64,000 nucleotides of DNA from an uncultured Akkermansia sp. (GCA_964448375.1 CAYVAI010000018.1:2970-66969), one strand, 5' to 3'; positions 9,385-19,800 are shown, counted from the stretch's first letter. The notes: a model not told the origin generated them from the letters alone. Numbers and translations are program-made.

Positions 9385-9515
9385 CATCTCTGGGAAGTCC
9401 GTCGCACGGACAGGAAATAGATGGGGAATCCGGTGTAAATCCGGAGCGGTACCGCCACTGTATGTGGGTTCCATGCCAAGGAATTCATGAAGCCAGATCG
9501 CCAGCCTGAGACTTA
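9385..9515 (+). promoter_or_regulatory. Cobalamin (B12) riboswitch candidate
   Basis: aatagatGGGGAAtccGGTGtAAAtCCggaGCggtaCCGCCACTGTatgtggg (9416-9467) matches the conserved cobalamin core (AGGGAA..GGTG.AA..CC..GC.G..CCGC.ACTGT; compare E. coli btuB AAUAGGGAAUCCAGUGCGAAUCUGGAGC). It is preceded by the hairpin gtccgt-cgc-acggac (9397-9411). A B12-box-like AGCCAGATCGCCAGCC lies at 9491-9506 (consensus AGCCnGnAGACCTGCC). Exact boundaries are uncertain. Confidence 0.75.
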
Positions 9516-9674
9516 TTACTAACTGCCGGCGGGTTTTCCGGCTGTCTAGACCAAACCATGAATTACATTACAGCGCTTCACTTGTTTGAAGCCCATCATG
9601 ACGGGTTGCCTTCCCTGAACGGCAACGACGCATCTTCGTACCCTTGCGGAAACGAACTGGCCTGTACCCTCGGG

Positions 9675-12600
9675 ATGCCCAAGCCTTCCCGCGGCAGAGC
9701 CAGAAACATCCTCTGCGGACTCGCCTTGTCCCTTGCCGCTTCCGGCATGGTCATGGCAGCCCATGCAGAAGACCTCACCTCCCCGAAAGTGGTTGATGGA
9801 GCAGGAAGCTATTCCTCTCCCATAACCGCTTACGGATATACTCAGCCCATCGGCTCCATCAACACGATCATTTCGGCAACATCATCCGCACATTATGCCT
9901 ATGGGATCAGCGCCACCAGTGCCATCAGCATTGATACCATCACATCCGGTGCGTCAATCAGTGCTTCGACATCCGGGAACTATGCTTATGCCATCGCGAC
10001 AACCACGGGCGGCATCTCCATCCGGGATTCGATAGCCGGTGCCATCACCGCAAGCGTCAACATCGAAACTGCTGGAGCATCCGCTTACGGCTACGGAATT
10101 TACGCCAAATCCGGAGACATCGCCTTGGGAGGAATCCAGGCTGGAGGACAAATCATCGTCGCCACTCCCAAGTCAGAAAAAGCGGGCCGCCTCTACGGAA
10201 TCTCGACCGAAAACGGGAGTATTAGCATAACCGGAGCCATCGATGGCAACATCAAGGTTCTGGGGCATGGTACAACAGTTTACGGACTCTGGGCCAAAAC
10301 GGGAGACATTACACTCGAGTCCATTGGAAGCACGGGCAACATTGACGTCACGGGCAATTTTTCCTCGTACGGCATGTATGCCAAAACAGGGCTCACTATC
10401 AGGAATGCCATTGCCGGCGATATTTCCGTCACATCGGAAACCGGCAATGTCGCCTATGCCCTCACGGCTTATAGCAACGATGCCACCATCCGTAGTAACC
10501 TGGTCATCGGCTCCATTGGCTCGACATCACACATCACTGCCAAAACAGGGGGATTCGAAGCCTGTGCCTTGAGCGCTCCCTATGGTGTCCTGGTGTTGGG
10601 CGATATCACCGTTGGAGAAATGCCTGGCATCATCACCGTCAACAAACTGGGCAACATGGACGGCCACATCTCCGTGCAGTCCCAAAGCACGGATACATCC
10701 AAGCGCTTTTCCGCCGTCGGTCTTGCTTCCCAGTGGGGCATCATCACCGGAGATTTCGGGGAAGGCTCCAGCCTGACTGTTGAAAGTGCCGGAGCAGATG
10801 CCTTTGCCTTCTTCACGGGCAAGGATGGAGGCTCCATGGCTGTCAATACCAGCGCAACATTGGAAATTGGAGGCATCCATGGCGACATTTCCGTATCGGC
10901 AGCTTCTGGAATTGCCGGAGCCGTGTACTCCGAAGGCAGAGTAACCATGGGAGAGCTCGGAACCAAGGGTTCCATCACAGCAAGTTCTACTGGTAATGCC
11001 GCCGCCTATGCCATCTATTCTCATGGTGGTCTTACGACAGGAAAACTGGACGGAACGGTTCGGGCCACAACAGCCGGGAATTACTCCTTTGCCATCATGG
11101 GACTCGGAGTCACGACGGAAATTGGCGAACACGCTCAGGTTTCGGCAACAGGAGCATCAGGTTCCGATAAGGTTTACGCCCTGTTCAGTGGATGTTACCA
11201 ACAAAGCTACGCATCGTCGGGCACTGTAACAGACGCCGCCAGCAGACAACTGACAATCTATAACCTGGCTGATACACTGACTCTCCATGCCGGGGCACAA
11301 ATCGACGGCATTGTTGAACTGGGTGGCTCTGGCGATGGACAGGATGTCATCAATCTCCTGAGCGGCACTGCCGATTCCAAGGGAGTTTTCGACTACGATA
11401 TCCGCACAACCATCAACATGGATGACAACCGGGGAGATAAGGTTTCCTTCGTTCGGATGGCTATCGGAACAGACAAAGCCTCGGCCCACTGGAACATCAC
11501 CGGGCAAAATGCTCTGGTCAATGAATTGAACATCGGCGTCGGCTCCTCTCTGAGCTCTACCGATCTGTCATTCCTGCGCGAAGGCGCGAGCATCATCAAC
11601 CAGGGAACCATCAGCAGTACAGGAACGATCCATGTGGGAGCCGAACAAACGCTAATCACAGGGACCCTGACGCTCAATGGCAACACCCTGACTCCTGTTT
11701 CCACCGGGCTAAGCAACGGCATCACCGTAACAGCCAGTGACGGAGCCAAGCTGGGCACCACCATTGCGAATGCGGGGTCCACCACATGGTACATCAATGC
11801 CGAACAAATTTTCGATGGACAGAAAGCCTTGTTCAGCCAGTTGATCAGTGGATTCAATGCCGACGATTACACACTCTCCTACCTGCTTTCCGGCAAGATC
11901 CTTGTTGGTGCCGACAAGCCGGTGGAAATCCCCGACGGATCCAACGTCCAGATTGGGGAAGGCTCTACAATCATCGTCGATTCGATCAAGGAAGATGCTT
12001 CCTTGACGCTTTCGGGCGGAACGGCGAATTTGTCTCAGTCAACCATGACGATCGTTACTTCCAGCCAGATAAATGGCGCAAGCGGCAAGCTCATCATGAG
12101 CGGAGAACAGGAGATGGTCTGGAATGCCGCCGTCACTGCCGGGTACAGCATCTCCGGCACCGATAGCTCTACTCCTGCCGGTAAATTGACAGTCAAGGCC
12201 GGCAACGGCACAGTCAAGGCAACAGGGAGCTACATCGTCAAGGAAGCCGTCATCGATCAATCGACACTGGAACTGGCAGGTAAAGATGCCGTGCTGGGTA
12301 CCCAGGGCGGCACCGTAAACGTCGGTGCCGAATCCCCTGCCGAACTCGTCCTGCGCGATGCTACAGTGCAAGGTGAATTGACCGTCCATGAAGACAGCCA
12401 GCTGAAAGGAAGCGGCACGTTTACTGACAGTGTGACCCTGGTGCAAGCTGGACTCTATGTTGGCAACAGCCCCGGCTACCAGAATTACCGGAACGGACTT
12501 TCCATTGACGGAGGCTCCGTAAGCTTCTGCATCGATGGAACGACGCGTGCGACGGCAGACAATAAGGGAAGCGGTACCTATTCCGCCATGGATATCCAGG

Positions 12601-13778
12601 GCAGTCTGGTATGGAATGCTCCAGAAGTTGTTCTGGAACTGGGTAGTAATTTGCTAACAGCTGCCAATACGTCCATCCGCCTCAATCTGGTCGATGCCTC
12701 GGAAGCCTCCTCCATTACAGGAACAGATGCCGCCGTTTCTTCTAAGCTTGCAGGAGCAACGGACATCCTGAAGGAATACGCCCTCTCCTGGATCGACGAC
12801 CAGTTAATTATGACGGGAACCATCGACCGGGAAGCTGCTGAAAGCATCAAGCTGGCCGAAGCGAGCACACTGGTCAATACCTTGTGGAGCAGTACTCGTA
12901 GCGTCACCAACTTCTCACATACTGCCGCTTCGCAGGCCAGTATTTCCCATCAGGGGAGTGGGAATGTCTGGGTGGCTGGTCTGGGAGACTTCACCAGCAT
13001 GTCTAAAAATGGCAGCGGATTTGACTATACTGGAGGAGGTTATGCCGTTGGTGGAGATTACTCCTTCACCAAGACATGGACAGCTGGTCTGGCTATCGGC
13101 CAGGCATACGGTTCCAACAAGGCCGATAACGGTCTTGGCAAGATCGACCAGGACGCCATGATGCTTGCCTTCTACGGACGCTATAGCAAGGAAGTCAGCT
13201 CCCGAAATACATGGGGGATTCAGGCATCCTTCGCGCATGGAACCGTCGAAAACAAGGCAGACTCCACAGTCCTTGGTTCCCCGGCTCATGCCGAATGGGA
13301 CGACAATGTTTTCCAGTTCGCCCTCCAGGCTACATGGGAAATCAAGCTCAATGACAAACACAGCCTGACTCCGTTCGCCGGAGTTGACTTTGTCCACGGT
13401 GCGCAGGACGACTTTATCCAGAACTATGGCAAGGGTCACGTCAGCTACAAAGATGGAGCCATGCAAAACTGGAGCATCCCAGTCGGACTCACATGGAATG
13501 GTCGTTACGGCCTCTCCAACGGACAGAGCCTTTTGCCCTTTGCAACAGTCGCCTATGTTGGTGACGTATCCCGTAACAATCCTTCCGTCAAGCTGGATTC
13601 CTATGGAGATACGATCAAAGCCCGCGGCATCCAACCCGGACGCAATGCCCTCAAGGCAGGAGCAGGTACTATCTGGGTACTTACTCAATCGTGGAATATG
13701 GGCCTGGCCTATGATCTGGAATATCGTTCCGGAATGATAAACCAGGGTTGCAACGTCTCCGCCCGCTATACATTCTGA
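9675..13778 (+). CDS. Autotransporter-type outer-membrane protein with long repeat-rich passenger
   Basis: The ORF is open from ATG 9558. ATG 9675 gives a good Sec signal, MPKPSRGRARNILCGLALSLAASGMVMAAHA. The Gly/Ser/Thr/Ile-rich passenger carries periodic repeats. The C-terminal ~280 aa look like an autotransporter beta-barrel (WVAGLGDFTSMSKNGSGFDYTGGGYAVGGDY..., alternating strands, terminal ...NVSARYTF). Confidence 0.8.
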   Translation: MPKPSRGRARNILCGLALSLAASGMVMAAHAEDLTSPKVVDGAGSYSSPITAYGYTQPIGSINTIISATSSAHYAYGISATSAISIDTITSGASISASTSGNYAYAIATTTGGISIRDSIAGAITASVNIETAGASAYGYGIYAKSGDIALGGIQAGGQIIVATPKSEKAGRLYGISTENGSISITGAIDGNIKVLGHGTTVYGLWAKTGDITLESIGSTGNIDVTGNFSSYGMYAKTGLTIRNAIAGDISVTSETGNVAYALTAYSNDATIRSNLVIGSIGSTSHITAKTGGFEACALSAPYGVLVLGDITVGEMPGIITVNKLGNMDGHISVQSQSTDTSKRFSAVGLASQWGIITGDFGEGSSLTVESAGADAFAFFTGKDGGSMAVNTSATLEIGGIHGDISVSAASGIAGAVYSEGRVTMGELGTKGSITASSTGNAAAYAIYSHGGLTTGKLDGTVRATTAGNYSFAIMGLGVTTEIGEHAQVSATGASGSDKVYALFSGCYQQSYASSGTVTDAASRQLTIYNLADTLTLHAGAQIDGIVELGGSGDGQDVINLLSGTADSKGVFDYDIRTTINMDDNRGDKVSFVRMAIGTDKASAHWNITGQNALVNELNIGVGSSLSSTDLSFLREGASIINQGTISSTGTIHVGAEQTLITGTLTLNGNTLTPVSTGLSNGITVTASDGAKLGTTIANAGSTTWYINAEQIFDGQKALFSQLISGFNADDYTLSYLLSGKILVGADKPVEIPDGSNVQIGEGSTIIVDSIKEDASLTLSGGTANLSQSTMTIVTSSQINGASGKLIMSGEQEMVWNAAVTAGYSISGTDSSTPAGKLTVKAGNGTVKATGSYIVKEAVIDQSTLELAGKDAVLGTQGGTVNVGAESPAELVLRDATVQGELTVHEDSQLKGSGTFTDSVTLVQAGLYVGNSPGYQNYRNGLSIDGGSVSFCIDGTTRATADNKGSGTYSAMDIQGSLVWNAPEVVLELGSNLLTAANTSIRLNLVDASEASSITGTDAAVSSKLAGATDILKEYALSWIDDQLIMTGTIDREAAESIKLAEASTLVNTLWSSTRSVTNFSHTAASQASISHQGSGNVWVAGLGDFTSMSKNGSGFDYTGGGYAVGGDYSFTKTWTAGLAIGQAYGSNKADNGLGKIDQDAMMLAFYGRYSKEVSSRNTWGIQASFAHGTVENKADSTVLGSPAHAEWDDNVFQFALQATWEIKLNDKHSLTPFAGVDFVHGAQDDFIQNYGKGHVSYKDGAMQNWSIPVGLTWNGRYGLSNGQSLLPFATVAYVGDVSRNNPSVKLDSYGDTIKARGIQPGRNALKAGAGTIWVLTQSWNMGLAYDLEYRSGMINQGCNVSARYTF

Positions 13779-14051
13779 TACGGCTCACGCCTGGTATCAG
13801 CCAATACTTAACCGGGGCTGTCTCGTCGTTTGGCGGGGCAGCCTCTTCTGTTTCTATGAGGCTGAATATCCTTCCTCCCGCTTGATTCTATTTGATCCCG
13901 AGCATGTATTCTTCATGTATTTATTCATTTTAAAATGTTTATAGTTAAACAATTTTACAGTTGTTGTCAAACGATCGATAAACATTGTAATTATCATTCG
14001 TTGTCAGCCAAAACGGCTTTCAACATAAAACAATAGAAAAAGGAAAAACAT

Positions 14052-14675
14052 ATGAGTACAACTCAAAATCTGGGTTCCTCGTCCGCAGAATGTATCTACG
14101 AATACGTCGAACCCCCATCAACAAACGGGCCTGACGGCAGGCCGATATACCCGCCCTTCCTTCTTGGAGATGACGAACTGGGCTTGTTCCCGGGCTTCGT
14201 TACACTAAGCGATGCCGGGACTGGAAACTGCTATATGAGATCCAACAAGCACATGTTTTTATTGAAAGGAGATTTCAGCTGGGTTCGCCCGGATAATCCC
14301 CAATCCCGTTTTCTTGGAAAAGAACATACCGTTGGAATCAAATGCTGCGATGGCCAAGTTAAAGACAGAACATGTTTTTGGACGGTTACCGTAGGTAATG
14401 ATGAAGACATCGTTACTAATCCCAATACCCCCTACAAAGCCACCATCACAATCACGCAAGTCAAGAGGAAGGCCGAGTCATCCAGTATGGTGCCGGAGTC
14501 CAGTTCCTCTGATGACAGCTACGGAGCCGACTCATGGAGCGATTCATCGTCCAGCGAATCGTCGTCAAGTTATTCCGAATCGAGCCTGGAACCCTCCAGT
14601 TCTTCTGCTCCAAGCCTGTCAGACAGCTCTTTGTCGGATAGTTCCTTGTCGGACAGCTCCCTCAGTTCCTGGTAA
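14052..14675 (+). CDS. Hypothetical protein with acidic poly-Ser C-terminal tail
   Basis: 207-aa ORF behind an AT-rich leader with aaaggaaaaaca before the ATG. No signal peptide. A globular Cys-containing N-terminal ~140 aa is followed by ...ESSSSDDSYGADSWSDSSSSESSSSYSESSLEPSSSSAPSLSDSSLSDSSLSDSSLSSW. Confidence 0.55.
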   Translation: MSTTQNLGSSSAECIYEYVEPPSTNGPDGRPIYPPFLLGDDELGLFPGFVTLSDAGTGNCYMRSNKHMFLLKGDFSWVRPDNPQSRFLGKEHTVGIKCCDGQVKDRTCFWTVTVGNDEDIVTNPNTPYKATITITQVKRKAESSSMVPESSSSDDSYGADSWSDSSSSESSSSYSESSLEPSSSSAPSLSDSSLSDSSLSDSSLSSW

Positions 14676-14730
14676 AATACAATCAGGAGCAGCCATTTAA
14701 TATACTGTTTACCTGCCTTGCCCGTTTTCG

Positions 14731-16119
14731 TCACATCCACCCTGGTGCCTGTGACGGGAGCGGGCAAGTTTCGCAAGGAGCCTTGCCGCAGAAATCAGCA
14801 TCGAGCTGAAGCAGAGCCTGCTGCATCCAGGCTTTACGAAGCCATTGCTGGACATCATCCCGCCTGCCCAGCAAACGAAAAGCGGCCTTCTCCACACGGG
14901 AACTCGTTTGCCCGGCGGGCAATTGCAGATAGATATCCCAGGCATCGGATGCCTCATCCATGGACAACACATGGTTGATGACGAAGTCCAAAACACGGTC
15001 CTTGCCAATGAGAGAAAGAGGAGAAGAACAGCGTTTGGAAGGCAGCGTCGTATGGAAACTCCAATAGGGATGCTGAATCTCCGTCAAAAACTCCTGTAAA
15101 CTTCTGATTCTCTTCATGGAGCACAGGGAACGGAGTTCCCCAAGCCGGGAGGCTAACACAGCCAGTGCTGCTAAACGTCGCTGAGGGTGATTAGCGGGTC
15201 GAATGGGAGAAAGCACCCACTTCACGGCACGTTCAGGAGCAAGTTCCAGGCGTTCCCGGTTCGTCCACCAGCAATCCCACAGTTCTTTGTGGTAGATCCT
15301 CGCTTCGCTGGAACATGATTCCGGCAGTACTGGTACAAGGAAGCCGGCTGTTCCGAAAAGGAGAGCCTCAGGGTTGCCCTTGATTTCCTTCAAGGGAGCG
15401 CGACGCACCAAATGTTTCATAGCCGTCTTGTTGGCATGGTAACCAAGTGTTTCAGCTAAAATTTCAAAGAGAGCCTGTTCTTCTCCGACCGCCTCGACGA
15501 GAGCCAGCCATATTTTCCGTTTGCGAGCCATGCGATGGGCCGCAGCAGCACGCAGGACACTCTTCACCTGATCGTCCGACATCGTCTGGAACAAGGGCGC
15601 ACATGCACCACAAGGTGGTACAAAAACCTCCGCAGCAGGCAACGCGGCGGCATCGACCAAATTTTGCTGCGGAATCACTGCCATAGGAACATGCCGGTGC
15701 CGAGAATTGCGCGTGAACCAGGCGCCTGCAGGAGGGATACACACCAGATGAAGGATAACCTGGTCGAATGCCGGGTTGGAACCGTGACGGTGCACCTCCC
15801 AGTCTTCGGGGGAGGCATCCAGTTCCACATCCCCCTGCACGACTTCGCCATCAAAGGCAATCCGTGCATTCAGAAAGTCTGGGCCTGCCTTGCGATTCCA
15901 TGTACCCGGGTCGAGGACAAGTACCTTACGCCCCAGATTATCCGTCAATTCGCGTCCCAAAAGGCCTTCCAGCCAAAGGATTTGAATCTGGATTTCCGGA
16001 GGGAGTTTCGTCTTGTCCCATTGGCATTCCTGAACACAATTTGTCTGAGTCCATGCCGCGTAGGATGCGGCAAGCCCCTCGCCCCCGGAATATCCGGGGT
16101 ATGATCCGGGTGTGCCCAT
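14731..16119 (-). CDS. DUF2851-like protein
   Basis: 462-aa ORF. The N-terminal block WNRKAGPDFLNARIAFDGEVVQGDVELDASPEDWEVHRHGSNPAFDQVILHLV resembles the N..GPDF...G.VE.H...S.W..H.H signature I recall for DUF2851. No other family fits. Confidence 0.5.
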   Translation of the reverse strand: MGTPGSYPGYSGGEGLAASYAAWTQTNCVQECQWDKTKLPPEIQIQILWLEGLLGRELTDNLGRKVLVLDPGTWNRKAGPDFLNARIAFDGEVVQGDVELDASPEDWEVHRHGSNPAFDQVILHLVCIPPAGAWFTRNSRHRHVPMAVIPQQNLVDAAALPAAEVFVPPCGACAPLFQTMSDDQVKSVLRAAAAHRMARKRKIWLALVEAVGEEQALFEILAETLGYHANKTAMKHLVRRAPLKEIKGNPEALLFGTAGFLVPVLPESCSSEARIYHKELWDCWWTNRERLELAPERAVKWVLSPIRPANHPQRRLAALAVLASRLGELRSLCSMKRIRSLQEFLTEIQHPYWSFHTTLPSKRCSSPLSLIGKDRVLDFVINHVLSMDEASDAWDIYLQLPAGQTSSRVEKAAFRLLGRRDDVQQWLRKAWMQQALLQLDADFCGKAPCETCPLPSQAPGWM

Positions 16120-16141
16120 GAAACAACAAATGGGTAGAGAT

Positions 16142-16681
16142 TCAGGATTCGTCGGAGTGCTTGTCGAGTTCCTTGCGGAGGCACTCTGTCACCATCTTAA
16201 ACTTGGCGGCGTTTTCTTCGCTCAATTCGCTCAAGGTCAAGTGAGAGTCGAGGACGTGCCTCGTTTGATCTTCCCCGCGGAGAGGAGAAGCGCCGAGGAT
16301 GGCAGGCTGAAGATGGGAGCGTATCTGATCCAGATGGCCGCGCCAAGGGGCCGATGGCGGTTCGATATCAAGCAGGGCATCCAGTCCAAGACCTTCAAGC
16401 GCAGCACGAGCGCGGTCCGTGGGCGAAGCAATTTGCACACTGCCGCCCAGGGGCATCAGGCGACGAGCAATGCCAGCCAGCGTCCCCATAAATGTTGAGT
16501 CAATACCATTGCAGACTTCGAGATCAATGATCACGAATCTGCCACCGTCATTAATGAAGGGTTCGGCAATGTCCTTGACAAGCGGGCTATTGGCAAAGGA
16601 TCCACGGCCTGAACAACGAATCCAGAGGAAGTCATCAATATGGCTAAAGAGTATAGAGGAATCTGTATTCACGATTATCAA
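16142..16681 (-). CDS. STAS-domain protein (anti-sigma-factor-antagonist-like) with C-terminal extension
   Basis: N-terminal ~105 aa: LWIRCSGRGSFANSPLVKDIAEPFINDGGRFVIIDLEVCNGIDSTFMGTLAGIARRL...VQIASPTDRARAALEGLGLDALLDI. This is a typical SpoIIAA/STAS layout, with a DST motif where the phospho-Ser usually sits. Confidence 0.6.
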   Translation of the reverse strand: MIIVNTDSSILFSHIDDFLWIRCSGRGSFANSPLVKDIAEPFINDGGRFVIIDLEVCNGIDSTFMGTLAGIARRLMPLGGSVQIASPTDRARAALEGLGLDALLDIEPPSAPWRGHLDQIRSHLQPAILGASPLRGEDQTRHVLDSHLTLSELSEENAAKFKMVTECLRKELDKHSDES

Positions 16682-16896
16682 ATTCTTGGGAAACTTAGCT
16701 CTTACCCTAGCTCTTTTCCATAGTCAAGGAGAGACTTGCTTTCTACCCGGTTTGCAGACAAAAAAGTGATTTTCACCCCCATTTGCAATCCATAACTCCA
16801 CGTTTCACCCCGTTTGGTGAAGAAAAGCATATCGAAAATTCCCAGTTCCAAGATATTCCTTGAAACCCAAGATGCTTTTCATCATAAGAACTAGTT

Positions 16897-19800
16897 ATGA
16901 AGACATGTTTCTGTGGCCTCTTTTGTTGCCTGCTCACCCTCTTCACCAAGGTCGCGGATGCACAACCCACAATCACCTCATCCTCGTATAGCGGAGAAAT
17001 GGATTCAAGGTTCCCGCTCGTCGTTACTTTTGATGAAACTGTCATTGGCAGACAGCATGTTGACACGGATGTTTCGCCGGATTTTTTGCGCGTCGATCCA
17101 GCGTTACCATTCACTGCCAAATGGTCGTCTCCCAACACCATCTCCGTGAATTTTGAGGAAGATGTACCCTACCGCGCTTTGTACACTTGGAAAGTAGCTC
17201 CCGGTTCCCAGTATCTCTCCGGCGTTCCCATCCCGGAAACGATCGGACAAACGCATGGAAGCCTGTTCAAGAGATTTGACCTGACATCAACAAAGAACAG
17301 AGGCACCTTGCCCATCGTTTACGTTTTTTCCTACGACCCAATTTCCCCGGAAGATTTCGAGCCACCGGGATTCAAGGACAACGAATCAGGCAAAGTCATT
17401 CCAGCTCGGCCGCTGACCTTCACCATGGCTCATGCCGATGAGCTCATCAAGCAGGATTGGCAGCTGGCGAAATCTTTCACATCGTGGAAGGAGAGACAAA
17501 AAGACAAGGAATTCTCTCCCGAAAACCCCATCACCAATATCATCGCCTTCACACCGGAAACTCCTCTGGTCTACGAGCACACCTACACATTCTCTATTGA
17601 AAACAGCAAGCTGTCAGTTGCTACGGAAAATGTTCCCGAGCCTAAAGATTGTACCATCACGTGTCCAGAATCTTTCGAAGTCGATTCCCATCTGGGATGT
17701 ACCAATGATGGCAAGCAACTCCAGATCCGTTTAACGGCCCCCATCTCTACAGACAATCTAGCCTCCATCTTCAGGGATAACATCAACATCTCTGCCAACG
17801 AGGAAATGGCCACCAATGACCCCGGTGGATGGAGTAAAACAGCTTTCGTCGAAGGAGAAAAAATCGAATTTGTTCTGGACACGGAAGCCTTGGGAAGCAG
17901 TATCGAAACCTCAGTCATCCCCATCCTCGTCCGAGGAAATGCCGTATTTTCCTGTGAAATAGTAGTAAAAGACCTCGTTGCCCTTGACCAAAGCCGGCTT
18001 GAGGACAATGTCGGAGAGGCTGGTTGCTATGTTTACCCCGATCTCCCAACCCTGGAGCTTGACGTTAACAACTCCATCATGTTGCCCAGCGGCACACGCT
18101 CCTTCCAGACAAGGTTCCACAATGCGGACAAAGTCTCTGTACAAGCCAAAAAGTTGCCTGCATCCTTTGAGGCTCAGGCCATGTTCAACTACCACGGGAT
18201 CCGTAAATCCAGATACAATGATAGGGAAAATCCCGATAAAGTGTTTGATTCTCAATTTTCATTCAACCAGGCACCATTCGAAAAACTGTCTTCCAAGTGG
18301 GAGATCACATCAAAACTATTGCATGATACCTTCCCCGTTTCCCTCGACCAGTTATTTGAAGAAAGACTCTCCCCCGGCATGTATCTGGTGCAAGCCAAAG
18401 CTCATCCCCGCCCGCTTACAGCCGTGGCGCTGAAAGAGAGGATGGTTGATAAAGAGTTGATCGCGTCCAACGAGATGGAGAACCAGAGTCTGTCTCTCAT
18501 CCAGATCACCGACTTGGGTATGATGTGGAAACTATCCAAAGATGGCACCATCACCATCTATGCCTATCACCTTTCGACCGGGAATGCCGTACAAGACGGC
18601 CTGGCACAATTGATGGATGGCAACGGACAAGTGCTCGCCGAGGGAAAAATCAACCAGAGCATGGTTGCACTTCTCATCCCGAAAGGAACCGAAATCATCC
18701 GCATCAGCTCGGGGAATGACTCCTTCACTCAACCATTCGAGTATTCCGGTTCCATGGATAGTTCATCTTCCGACCCGTTCAGTGATTATTATAGCAATGA
18801 TAATGATGACTTTTTATTTGTTGATACCAAGGGAATCAAGAAACTCCCCTATGACTTGGAAAGAACGGGGATCGATATCGATCAGTACGATCTCCGCCAA
18901 GTATATATGTTCACTGACCGGGGTATGTATCAACCTGGAGAAACAGGGCATATCAAAGGATTCGTCCGCAATCTGAGAGGCAATGCCATCGGTATGCCCA
19001 CGCAGAAAAACGCCGTTTTTTCCATCTTCAAAGATGGAAAAGACCTCATTTCCACACAGACCATTACCCTTTCTCCGCAGGGTGGTTTCGATGTCGAATT
19101 TCGTATCCCGAATGGAGATCCATCCACTTACAGGGGATTGCTCTATTTTCCCACGCGCATCAAATCGTCCACATCATTTGACGAAGAACAAAAAGCATTA
19201 GCCAACGATCCTCCTATTAATCTGGAAAGAGACCAAAAGTTCAACAGAGAATTTTCACTGAATATCCCGGTGAGGGATTTTAAGCGCGATAACTTCGACA
19301 TAAAGACCGACATGGTTCCCCCCAAACCGGGCAGAAAGAGAGTCGAATTCTCCACCACGGCAACCAACTATACCGGGATTCCCCTATCTAACGCCAAGGT
19401 CAATTGGTACCTCAATGCCTCTCCAACTGATTTCACTCCCGAGGGATATGCCGATTACGAATTCGGGCAGGATCTTAACCGAATCTATGAACGCCCCTCC
19501 CAAACTATGATGCTCGACCAGAAAGGACAGGCTCAATCCCATTTCCTCCTGAAAAATAACGATCCAACACCCCTTGCCCTGCGCCTCATCACCAGCGTCG
19601 ATCATCCAGGAGACAATGTCGTCTTCAAATCCACAAAGGGGCGATTGGACCCAGCCAGAGTCTATGTAGGAATCAAGCGCAATCCCCGTTGGCTCTCCCT
19701 CGGGCGGATTGCTCTGGATTTGATCGCCATCCGCCCGGATGGCAAAGTGTACAACAAGGATCTCCCCGTCACCATTGAGGTCACACGCAAGTCTCTAGGC

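Noticed and set aside
9558-9674. Upstream in-frame extension of the autotransporter (MNYITALHLFEAHHDGLPSLNG...), considered as an extended signal-peptide region.
   Set aside because: The extension lacks the conserved motifs of autotransporter extended signal peptides as I recall them. ATG 9675 gives a standard n-h-c signal. I kept it as an alternative start only.
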